Shown: positions 12,701-22,924 of the stretch, one piece after another | How the letters are laid out: each line of letters begins with the position of its first letter | How positions within the stretch are numbered: the stretch's first letter is position 1 | Assembly: GCA_002633005.1 (NCBI GenBank) | Contig: NMRA01000543.1 | Span: forward strand, 87,188 to 151,187 | DNA length: 64,000 nt | DNA from: Phoronis australis | Lineage: Eukaryota > Animalia > Phoronida | Direction: 5' to 3' | Program-made: the position numbers and the translations under genes | Notes under the pieces: model-generated | What the model saw: only the letters and a program-made list of their open reading frames with translations | Databases searched by the model: none | Told to the model about the DNA's origin: nothing

Positions 12701-15700
12701 TTAGACAAAGGACACCAAGGATACATGAGGGTTCTGACCCCATCAAATGAGAATCCAACCAATAAAGTGAGGCAGTGATCAGTAGATCACTTGATATTGT
12801 GACCAGCATGAATGAGACGAGATTGTCGGCCGACTTCAAAAGTTCAAAGTCTGGCTGATGCCGATCATGCGCGGCCATCGGGGCAAAACTCGATTGGAGA
12901 AATTGTCCAAGCATTCTCAGATATGTGACCCAAAATTCATAAAATATTATATGTCAAATTTAATAATTAACTATTATGAGTGGAAAATGATGGCCAATAG
13001 GGACTGACTCAACAGTAAACAAAAACACTACCATTAATCGATGTTATCACACACTCTTGATGGACAGCAGTACACCGGATGAACAATGAGAGGCCAGGGT
13101 CACACCAAACTTAACTCGAGACTCAACTCAAAGATTCACCAATCGTGCGACATGCCTCGAGTAAACTCTGAAGAATTCCATGTGACGCTTTTCATCAACT
13201 TTTCGAGTTGGTCTCGAGTAAAGTTTGGGGGTCTCTACAGAGAAGGCAGCAAAAGCACTCATTGCCGCAACTTTTGACGGAAATTAAATTTTCAAGACAA
13301 GGGATTGTATTCCGTAACATAGGTAATAGTCAGAGATAATGTTCCTACACCCGTTTTCTCCACTGAATAGTGGACACGAAACTGATTCTCAAAATGTGAG
13401 CATATTATGTGTGCCTATTGCCTGAAACAGAGTAGAAAAACTACATACAAGTTGTTTGACTGCTGAGCAGCACATTTGGTCGGTGTTGTTGAGTTGGCTG
13501 CCAGCATATTCTGTAGAGTCGACGTCACACAACCCGCGTTCTGTTCATCTTTCTGACCACCTGGACATTGGGTCAAATCTACCTCAACAACTTCTGTAAA
13601 TATGGTAATAACAGATACACAACACAATGTCATTCTATACGCCAGTCAAAAACAATCAAAACTGCCTAGGATTTATCCAATACACTGTTTGCTAGTGAAT
13701 TTTTGTTGGATGACAGATGACGTTTGAATCAGCATGCAGATCAGTGTCAAAACAGCAGTCTATTGAACAGTTTAAGCACGAACCGTTACTTGTCGCAAAA
13801 CTGTCATGAGAAAAATGAGAGTGAATTGTCACAAATTAGTTGTGATTAAGAAGCCTAACCTGTTAAAGTGTGGCCATCAGGCCTTTATGCAGCGTACGTC
13901 CTGGGCGTCCATTTGAACGCCCAAGCACTAATATGGACCCTCTGGCAAGGACCCCCAATGTATCATTTGGACGCCCACTGTCAATAGGAACCTTTAAAGT
14001 TTGGACACACACATTGTAATGATTACTAGGAAGCCTCTGAAGGCTCAGTGGGGGTTCTTTTTTTCAAAGCAGGAAGAAATTACAATGTATATACAAAGTG
14101 GTAATAACAGATAATAACAATGTTGCTGTGCTCACACTTGGTTGATAGCATTGTAAAAGTCTTGGTCTACACCAATATTTTATTAAAAAGGCTCACTACA
14201 GAAGGCTGTTTTGTAAACTTAGATGTAAAAACCTTGGTCTATGCATTTTTTGTAAAAAAATCTGTGTGTTTGGGGGGATTGCTGGGGGTGGGGGGTTACG
14301 CGTCGGAATTATGGACGCCCTTGAATATCGAGAACCCCATTTTGGACACCCTTTTTTCGAAATCCTGGATAAAGGCCTGGTGGCCATGTTAAGTTAAGGT
14401 TATCAACAAGTTTGTGCAATAACCCAGATATCTGTAAAACTAAACAATCTAACTCCATAAAAGTATCCATTTTCTTAAAGTAGAAAGTCTGCACACTTTG
14501 ACTTTTGACTTTACACCAATCTGTTGGATCATGTGACCGTGACTTTTCAACTATCAAGAAAGGCAAATACATTTCAAAACATCGGTACTAACGACATAAT
14601 CAAACTTCATTTGATGTTAATGTTCATGAAAACATGTCAAAAAGAGTTACTGTTTTCTATATTGTTTTGGTTTCATTTTATGCAATTTTTTGCAAAGCGC
14701 CTTTATGCAAAACTGCCATATTTCAAAACAATTCCTAATCGTATTATGAAGAACAGTATGTAAAGTACAGTGTGTGAAACTTTCACATAAAAACAATCAG
14801 CCATGTCCGAGATACCATGCCCTACACTTAGCTAAATTCTGATATTTTTCAAGGGTCCTGCATAACCTTAAACAGGTAGCTCTGTCAGCTGACTTGAGAG
14901 CTGATCCTCAGCTAAATGATCAAACATCCCATAAGTGTCCGTATGCATTTTCTCACACAGCAAACCATAGATTGAGCCAAACACAGGTGATCATACACTG
15001 TACAACCACTACACCTTATGGCCTATCCTGGACAAAGTCTAAAGCATCAGCTTGGATCCAACACTTCGAGTGACATGGTTCAAACTAAAGAAACTTTCAA
15101 GATAAATGCTGTGGAAGTTTTAGCCAGTTTTCTGTAATCTGCCACGGCTCGAATGAGTACTTTCCTATTTTGTATAATTGAGATGTGACCTGAAAATAGC
15201 AAATCAATGCATAATTTACTTGTTCCCCTAAACTAGACTTACCATGGCTAATCTCAGCCCAGTCTGTCCCAGTAAAGCAAACTATCTTCGGTTTGTCAGA
15301 TCCATGTGGTTGAAATAGGCCAATAGTTCCCTTGGCAGGCAGTGCCTGGGCGTTAGTGGATTGACCCAAGGTCTGAATATGCACTCCACTACCTGCTGAC
15401 ATTTGACCTGCGGGCAGTGACTGAGTGTTAGTGTTATGACCTGAGGTCTGAATATTCACTGGTCGACCCACTGACATTTGGCCTGCAGGCATCATAGAGT
15501 TCAAACTTAAGACACCACCTTTTGCAAGTTGCAGCTGTTCTGGTGACAATATAACCTGTCCACTTGGTAGTACATTAAAAGTTAGCGGTGCAGATTGACC
15601 AGTGGACTGACCAGACGAACTTGAAATGAGCTTTGTCAAGCTGAGTCTATTGGAGACAAGAGGTTGCGCAATGGGCTGAAGACTTGTGTGGGCCTTTACA

Positions 15701-17253
15701 GGAGAATTTCTGACTACCGTCCCCTTAGTAGCTGGTAACGGAATGACAACAGTTGGACTTTGTACATGTGTTGTCACCCGAGAGGATATCGGTGACTTCA
15801 TTCGAGAAGATGTGATCTCATCCAGAAGAGATATCTCACTGAAACGAAAACATGTTTGTAGCTTGCAATTCAAATCACACACACAATGCAAGGAGGCAAG
15901 ATAAATACGACCAAACAACTAATCAACTAAAATGATTTTGAGAGGGAATCTTTTCATTGTTTTAACCCGTTTGCCATCCTGATTCTGGGCCTGTGACTTT
16001 CGGCATATGATCTCATCCAATTTACGCGTTGACCAATCATGATTTAGTTTTGGAATTCAGGCCCCATGAGTGTGGTGTTGTCGTGAAGGCTGCATGTCAT
16101 CAAGAGATTCTCGTGTTAGCGATTTTTCATTGGCTGGGAAGCAAATGGAATTCCCTTTTAAGTCGGTTCCCGAAGTTTCTCACAGTATGGCAACTCCTCC
16201 AGACAGTCATCGACGGGCAGAATGGAGGCTGTGCTAAACCACTCAGTCTGAGGCGTCGGGCTACTGAGGGAATATATTTCACTATCCCGCTACACTGGCC
16301 ATCAGTCTAGCCAGCTCAAACGTTTCACTAGACATACGCCAAATTTCCCTGGTACGTGTCCTCGGACCAGTGCATTTTTATATTCCTGAACGATAAATGT
16401 GTAGTTTTAGCAATTATTTTGGCTAGATTTTCCCATAAGTAGTAGACATTTTCACTCAGTATAAATTACAGCAATAAAATACATGTATCTGTGTTCAGTC
16501 ATATCCACAAGGGAAGGGGCAATAGGAAGTTGATGGAAAGTTGATTCCTGCTGCCATCTAGTGGCATAAGAGTGTACTTCTCAGCCTACTCTGACTTGAA
16601 CAGGGAAAGCCATAATTCTAATGTTACTTTTACACAAAATATAGAAATACAAATCAATGGCTGCCTTAGACATATTTCCAATGCACTATCCCCGGACATA
16701 ACATAGGCGGCGTACTGCTGCCAAAGTCCGTTTCAATGAGCAACCGATCGACTTAACTGAACATAGGTGGAGTTCAATCAGGTGCACCAAGAGTGTCACT
16801 ACCATACAGTTGCGAGAATACAAGGGCTCCGGAAACAAAAATCAATGTTTAAAATAAGTCTGAGATAACCGATGACTCAATTTAAGCACTCTGTAACAAG
16901 TACATTTGAAAACAATCGGCATCGATCTCACGCAATCAGTTACGACTGCTTTGTGAATGTTCTTCACTCTAGATTGACAATGTGTACGTACTCTCCGTCT
17001 GTTTCACTCGAAGTAGTATCCGCCATTGCACCATTTCGTTGTGGCTGTCCAGCTATGCTCCCAGAATTGGACTTGCCATATTTGACATGAGACCGATACA
17101 GTGATGAGTGCCCTCCTGTACTCGTACTGTTGTGATTAGTATGTTGATTGGTTGGTGATGCAGGCCAGTTGTCAATACCGTGTAGATCAGATTTAGAGAA
17201 AGAGTTAGACTTGCGCCATCCTCCCTCAGCAGTGTTGCTGCTAGCGTCCAGAG
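365..17253 (-). CDS. SENP6/7: Sentrin/SUMO-specific protease SENP6/7-like, spliced and partial. Exons: 17253-16992, 15838-15243, 13593-13449, 12573-12502, 11054-10928, 8290-7969, 7530-7409, 6666-6474, 5562-5383, 3856-3544, 3241-3125, 1955-1842, 1511-1419, 773-365. Start codon unresolved; the catalytic Cys exon is probably left of the window
   Basis: Spliced translation gives Ulp1/C48 motifs [35 protein letters not shown]|[19 protein letters not shown]|..[27 protein letters not shown]|[12 protein letters not shown], then a long acidic insertion typical of SENP6/7. All junctions are GT-AG with matching phases. Confidence 0.9.
1419..1511 (-). CDS. SENP6/7: SENP6/7 catalytic exon ([30 protein letters not shown])
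   Basis: Manual translation; tttttag acceptor and gtaag donor; phase 2-2. Confidence 0.92.
1842..1955 (-). CDS. SENP6/7: SENP6/7 catalytic exon ([28 protein letters not shown])
   Basis: Manual translation; ttgcag acceptor and gtaacc donor; 114 nt. Confidence 0.92.
3125..3241 (-). CDS. SENP6/7: SENP6/7 catalytic exon (LFVYPPG...[21 protein letters not shown])
   Basis: Hallmark Ulp1 motif; canonical splice sites; 117 nt. Confidence 0.93.
3544..3856 (-). CDS. SENP6/7: SENP6/7 exon preceding the catalytic domain
   Basis: Within ORF 3540..3941; ends FSGPVKK with a gtgagt donor; phase-compatible. Confidence 0.8.
4150..4660 (+). mobile_element. Penelope-like retroelement 3' relic (GIY-YIG endonuclease C-terminus) in a SENP intron
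   Basis: Translation ..[52 protein letters not shown] resembles the Penelope GIY-YIG tail (H..H.F....W..R..KEA......LN......W). Confidence 0.7.
4225..4440 (+). repeat. Tandem repeat, 4 x 54 bp
   Basis: ttgaaactagggatgccgttatgatagactacgggaaggagtggtttagaagag repeated; gaaact at 4227, 4281, 4335 and 4389. Confidence 0.95.
5383..5562 (-). CDS. SENP6/7: SENP6/7 exon (putative PH-like pre-catalytic region: [19 protein letters not shown]...YYDPAS)
   Basis: Within ORF 5207..5887; ttacag acceptor and gtaat donor; 180 nt, phase 1-1. Confidence 0.8.
6474..6666 (-). CDS. SENP6/7: SENP6/7 exon (..[12 protein letters not shown]..)
   Basis: Within ORF 6346..6690; RSIRLGS resembles a conserved SENP6/7 segment; phase-compatible. 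Confidence 0.75.
7409..7530 (-). CDS. SENP6/7: SENP6/7 exon with SUMO-interacting motif [10 protein letters not shown]
   Basis: Manual translation; ttgcag acceptor and gtgatg donor; phase 1-0. Confidence 0.8.
7969..8290 (-). CDS. SENP6/7: SENP6/7 exon with CxxC-x7-CxxC and an AT-hook-like KRGRP
   Basis: Within ORF 7880..8356; tttcag acceptor and gtacag donor. Confidence 0.8.
10068..10213. mobile_element. Small MITE (internally dimeric) with TIR catgggcggcg and 5-bp TSD gtaaa
   Basis: gtaaa|catgggcggcg ... cgccgcccatg|gtaaa; two internal copies of ctgaaaaa(a)gtgggg. Confidence 0.7.
10928..11054 (-). CDS. SENP6/7: SENP6/7 Ser-rich exon ending EPDEKRAKR (NLS-like)
   Basis: Within ORF 10892..11113; phase 2-0. 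Confidence 0.7.
11143..11337. repeat. 21-bp minisatellite, about 9 copies, intronic
   Basis: accatcttctgaagggtacaa repeated; explains spurious ORFs 10989..11441 and 11131..11409. Confidence 0.95.
12502..12573 (-). CDS. SENP6/7: SENP6/7 small exon ([23 protein letters not shown])
   Basis: 72 nt open frame, tatag acceptor and gtaaag donor, phase 2-2; optional for frame. Confidence 0.5.
13100..13230. mobile_element. Palindromic MITE-like element
   Basis: ccaaacttaactcgagac..aactc ... gagttggtctcgagtaaagtttgg inverted repeat. Confidence 0.5.
13449..13593 (-). CDS. SENP6/7: SENP6/7 exon with SIM-like VVEVDLT
   Basis: Within ORF 13415..13633; phase 1-2. Confidence 0.7.
13878..14379. mobile_element. 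Non-autonomous hAT element (MITE) with 8-bp TSD
   Basis: TIR caggcctttat..ataaaggcctg flanked by a perfect 8-bp duplication gtggccat; subterminal ggacgccc/ggacaccc repeats. Confidence 0.85.
15243..15838 (-). CDS. SENP6/7: SENP6/7 large low-complexity N-terminal exon
   Basis: Within ORF 15097..15918; tttcag acceptor and gtaagt donor; phase 2-1. Confidence 0.75.
16992..17253 (-). CDS. SENP6/7: SENP6/7 near-N-terminal exon ([15 protein letters not shown]...)
   Basis: Within ORF 16964..17275; ttctcag acceptor and gtacgt donor; phase 1-2. Confidence 0.7.
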
Positions 17254-18792
17254 CTGAGAAAACAATACAAAACATACGCGGTTAGTGGCTGTACATATGC
17301 TCAATGATCAGACTAGGGAGATAACAAAAAATCATAATTCAATGAAAAACACCTAGTGGCAACTGTTAAAAATACAGTAGAATGAGACTGGCATGGTGGT
17401 ATTTTGGCAAAACGCTATTGCGGGGCATCCACCATGGACAGACACGCTGTAAGTGGTTTAGCACCATAACATACTTTTCAATTAAATACACATCAGCCTA
17501 TTGAACTTCATGCATCCATTTACTATATATCAGTCAACTGGTATTTATTACCTCACTTACATTTAGCAATATCATTGTTTCAGCTACGCCTGCTTAGGCT
17601 TCCAGTCCAAAGTAAAAAAATGTTGAAAGAAAACGCAATTGGCAACCAATGTTGAGCATGTGGCCAAGTAAGTCCTGCTGGTTGTAGAATTAGACTTAAT
17701 CATAAACTTAAAGCATCCAAAGAACAAAACCCAAACTGTGACAGAAGCAATTTAGGACACAAGATGGCCGACATCTGAAATTGGATTCTTATTCTTTCAT
17801 TGGAGACATAGCATAAAATCAATGCTTTACAAAGTTTCATGCTTCTCACGATATTTATTACCAGACAAAAATTTTTAAAATTATTTGCATTCACAACAAT
17901 GACGTATTAGTAAAATGAGAAGTCAATTTTAATTACTTTTGTTCAAAATTGGGTGATTTTACTGCATAACCTGCCGTTGAAAATCTACCCAGAATCATAC
18001 CAACAGCACTAACCACTAGCCAGTAGCATGATTTGGTGGATCAGCAAAACTAGTGTAGTGACGCTGACGAAGAAGTGACACTGTCACACTGGTGTAAGAC
18101 AGTACTACCCAAAGTTACACTGCACGTTAGATTGGTAGCTTCAAACATTAAAAAAACAATTTACGCAATATAAGGTCGAGCCTGTCCAAGCCATCAACAG
18201 TGTGGGCTGTGGTTAAGGCAAGTCAGCCTCAACGCAAAGTCCAGGGACGCAATGTCTGACCACGTCTCCCAGTCCCTAATTTTTCAGTTCAGTCACTGGA
18301 GACTGATTTGAGAAAAAATGATGCCAAAGTTTGATATGACTTAAAAAAATATAACCAAAGCTTCACCTGAAAGAAGAAGGGAATGGCGTTGGGACATGTC
18401 CACATTAATTGCCCAGTGACAAAAATAACGCCTAAGCTCTGGAATACATATGAACCATTCAAGAGCCCGTCGTCGACTTTTGCAAGATTATCGCCATTGA
18501 CGACTTTCACACAGTTGTCGCAAAACGTGTTCTCGCGAGCTTGAAATCGATATGGTAAATTTTGCTTTCAAAGTGGAATAAAAACAAGCAGAAATTGTTA
18601 TGAATGTCACAATCTATCTGATCGTGTGTTATAAAAGGTGATGTTATTGTTATATGCACAAATTGGATCAGCCTTGGCTGAAGTTGGATTGGATACAGTG
18701 ACATCTAACGGCAATCACAAAACTATTATCGCATGTGCCAGCTCAAGTTTTGTTCACCAGTGACTTTGTCGGGACTTTTTCCACTAGCATCC

Positions 18793-19071
18793 CAGTGGCG
18801 GATCTACGAGGGTTCAAGGGGTTTAACCCCCCCCCCCCTTGGGCCATGACCCAAACATAAAAAAACGTCTCCAGCAAAACAAAAACGGCACCGCCAGCGT
18901 GTGTAAACCCTACTAGTAAACAAAATTGACTCGGGGGCCGGTTCTGAAAATATATTTTTTTTGCATTGTGAGTCTTCGTGGCACATCGGCAAAAGGCGCG
19001 GAAATGAATTGTGCGCGCGCTTCTGTCGACACTTCTGAAGAACCCAAGCATTTTAGATGGATCCACCGCTG
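18793..19071. mobile_element. MITE of the cagtggcggatc family
   Basis: cagtggcggatct ... ggatccaccgctg imperfect TIRs with a poly-C subterminal tract. Confidence 0.55.
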
Positions 19072-19399
19072 AAAAAGCAGTTCTATAGCATGAGTGATTT
19101 CTTTAGGTAACTGAGCTTCTAGTTTACTCTAAGATATGTTTTGATTTGATTAGGGAAAATACTGTGGTGCCGCAACCCTGATATTCAGGCGAATTGACGG
19201 GCAACGTTTTTACCTCATCTGTCATGCCGTGTCATTCTATTACACTCCACACGTTTGTAACTCGAGTTGGTCTTGCAATGTCATACAGTGTACAACATGT
19301 CCTTTTAATATTTTTGAAAAAAAAAAATCTTCCGAAGAAATGCTATTGTGGCGAGCGCCGTGGTCTGGTCGCGATTCCATTTGAAGATACACTTTAACA

Positions 19400-20080
19400 A
19401 GTTATGTCAAGGAATGACCAAGGGGGCACTCACATTGACAAAGTGGCCGCATTCGCGAACAGTGTGACGACAGTACCAGAAATTGGGGGGAGGCTGTTCT
19501 TTCACAACAAAGTCTTGCGGGACTCGTTCAATGTTCAGTAGGCCTCCGAGCCCTAGTTCCGACCTCAACAGCTACCGTCTTTCTACCGCAATAAGCACAC
19601 TGCCCAGTCTTCTATACTGGGAATTTTCGCACTGCAGAAAGGTCCCGGCACCCGGCGCCCGCCGGATGAAACGCTATGTACCCATGGGCATTTATTTGAT
19701 ATTAGTACTTCGGGTGTCAAGCGTTCAGACATTGGGACGTTTATTTCGAAAATTACAAGAGATGCAAATAGGTCCTGGGATACATCGTCTAGGTTTGAAG
19801 TAGGGCCATGATGAACGGGTCAAATTTAGTTGCGCATCGTAAGTCTTTTGAATGGACTTGGCAACCTCAAGGGTCTTAGTGCCAACTGAGCTGCGAAACG
19901 AGATGCTGGCATTGTAGAGGCTTACAAGCTCATTGACACAGCAGTTGACGAAATGCAAGCGTTGGGAACAAACATAGAAGATATCTATGAGGCAGAATGG
20001 TTCCAAGACGAGCAAACGATTGGATTCGTTATACAGATTCCTCGGCAGTCTAGACAACAGAAGGATAGTACTAACGTATG
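19400..20080 (+). mobile_element. Degenerate hAT-superfamily transposase fragment (PRKRIR/THAP0/ZMYM1-like)
   Basis: Manual frame reading gives LGNLKGLSAN*AAKRDAGIVEAYKLIDTAVDEMQALGTNIEDIYEAEWFQDEQTIGFVIQIPRQSRQQ, resembling the hAT 'LS..LQ....DI..A...I......PR...RQ' region; contains stops. Confidence 0.55.
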
Positions 20081-22715
20081 AGTAACCACTGGGGATTAAA
20101 AAGTGTCTAGAGAGAAGTTTTCAATTCAATTTTTTTTGCATAGTACACTATAGGTCTCGCGACGGACCAGGCCAGCTTGATTTGTGTACTGAGATATTGA
20201 GTTCAGTTTCAGTGTATTTCTGGTCGCTCGTCGAACTAGTCTTGCGATTTTTTACCAAATTGTGCTTTGTAAAACCATTTATCTCAGCCAGTACTGTTTG
20301 GTCCCGCGACAGATCGACTATTTTTACAGGGATAATAAAGCACAGGTGTACTCTTGGTCTCGTGACGGACCAGGTCAGCCTTTTTGTGTACTCTCAGTGT
20401 ACATCTGGTCCTTCTGGAAACTGGTCCAGTATATCTTTTCACCACTGTGCACAGGATGTTTTGGTTTCGTGAACCTGTTTTCAGATTGTTTCCTGATACA
20501 TTTGACGTTTTTCAATTGTTGTCAACGTGATTCAGCTTCATAGAGTGATACTTAATTATTTATTGTCGCTTTTAATAATAGACTATGAGCTGAGAGCACC
20601 ATCGTTCTCCAGTTTTTCTCGTAACGAGACAGAACACATGTTTATTTCCGGACTAACAGTACAGGTCTTCGTTCTTAAACAACTCAGTTGAGACTGCTGT
20701 TACGCGATCATGATATTTAATTTTGGCTTATGCTCTTGAATCTTTGGAAGTTGTCTAACCCCTGTATGCACACCACACTTTTTCGTATATGACTTTTCGT
20801 ATGCTAAAAAAGGTGTGTGTAAGCAGATGTTCCAGCAAAAAAATTTGCCGTCCCCGCCTCACGATGATTCCCGGGGGTCCAGAGCTCCTCACCTGCCACA
20901 GTGACGGGAGCAGACTCTACAGACTCAACTGGAAACAAACAATAATTTTGATGTCGTCACGAAGCAAAAGGATTTGCGAAGCTTTACTCGTGTTATTTTT
21001 ATAAGCGATCATTTGGGCAACCCAACAGTGGCACGATATAGGGTAAAGTGAAAACGCGCATTTTAAAATGTGTCGAGTATTGATGGTGAAATCGACACAT
21101 TTGTTTTCGTACGCAAATAGTGACATTAACATTTAAGTTGTATTCGATTACCCACACGACCGTAGCTCATATCAATAGCACAATGCAATATATGGTTGGG
21201 AAATATCTGAAGATGATGCGTTGGCGTCTCCTCTGCATATTATCGCTGTGCCCGGATGCATGCTGACTCAGTGAGACTCCTCGTCACTTGCCCTCACCTC
21301 AGTGCTTTGAAGCAGGCCCGCTTCTCGCTTCAAGCCTTTTACCTGATAAACCAACAGGTGAGACACGTTGACCTACTTTATCGAATTCCTATTGGTTGAT
21401 AGACAATTGGCGTTTCATTTAAAGGTACGATACGGTTAAACACAAGACTGGTGAGACTAGTGTTTTTGCGAAACGTTTGTTCTAGGAACTGTTTGAAAGT
21501 AAAGGTAATCTATTCTGTTAGTATAAATAACGTCGTGAAAACGTTTTCTATGATAGATCCTATTTGTTCATCAAGCATGTTCTAAATAGAGTGGAAATCA
21601 CTCATTAAAAGTCTATGTTGCTTTCTATGGCACCGCACTCCGCTTGTCGTTCACAAACTGATTTGACTTGGGATAGCATTTTCTAAACATAACATAGTTC
21701 CCGTGCCCTGTAATGTTGTGTTCTCTGATCGACGTCTGCCTTTCGAGGCTCGAAGGAAAGTTATCTATGTGTCTCCACTTTCGCTACCAGGCATCGAATG
21801 GACTCCGTAAATTCCTCTCACCACCAGCGGGTTTCTCGGTGGTATAACCACTTCTCTGTCGAAAATTTAAGACGTTGACATAATATTGATATCTAATTAA
21901 TTAATGCTTCAACTCATTTTGTTCCAAGCTTTTTCATTTGATGTACATGTTCTTCGCAATTCTCGGCCACGTGAGACTGACTGTGTTAGGCCTATAATGT
22001 TCTGTAAGACCGTGAAACGTTTATTTTACATCGGTGTGTGGTGGAAATAACAAAATGAACAAGTGCTAGAGTTTGTTGCACTGATGGCACTTACTTACTT
22101 GATTACTTATTTAATTACTTGCAAGACGTATAGTATGGAATATGCGTATTGTTAAGGCCACAATGTCAGGAGTGAAATTTGTAGGACGAACAATCCCTGT
22201 ACGCTATACGCTCAACCATATGGACCAATATTACACCCAGACTCAACCCATTCTCTTCCTCCCGTCTATAGGGGAAAAATTAAAAAAGCAATGCTAGCTG
22301 GATAAGTTACCATTTTATAAAGATTTTGGAGCACGTATAGTATAGTCTACAAGCTCGTCGTTGACGTCAGTGTCGGTCTTGGATAAGGCCTGGGGTTTGT
22401 TGCACTCGGGCTGACGTCTGGTGACTGAGCTGACTCTGTGAACAACAAACAATCGATCGTTGAAACTCTTTGAAGGTCATGAAAGCGGAGCAAAATACCT
22501 TTGCAAAATTTTGTGGTACTCAGGCACCTCCTTTCTTTGACTTCTAGAACACCACAGACAAGTGAAAACATCAATCATGTCCAAAATTCGTTAATTACTT
22601 CAGAATCACTGAGTATACTCAAACAAACGAATGTCTCACCTGTTTACCAAACCTCTGTTTTGTTCGCCCGTTAGATACAGCAAAGAGTACGAAACAGTCC
22701 TAGGACACAGCCACG

Positions 22716-22924
22716 ATGCCCAAGGAGAGCATTGCCTGCGACTATGGAATGAACTTCAAAATCGATGCGTTTAAGATCGTGTTACCTCTTACCCCTCAGA
22801 GTGTTAACCACTCCCTCATGTCGCCGACTGTCCAAAACCCGTGCGACCGGTGCGGGTCCCCAGTATATCCAGCGGAGAAAATGGATCTTGGTCGCAGACT
22901 GACGTATCACAAGAAATGTTTTAG
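22716..22924 (+). CDS. Hil: Hillarin coding exon 1 (first LIM finger)
   Basis: ORF 22716..22928; Kozak-like gccacgATG; donor gtaaaa. Confidence 0.85.

Noticed and set aside
18195-18275. tRNA or SINE-head-like segment (gtgggctgtggttaaggca...)
   Set aside because: B-box and cloverleaf could not be supported
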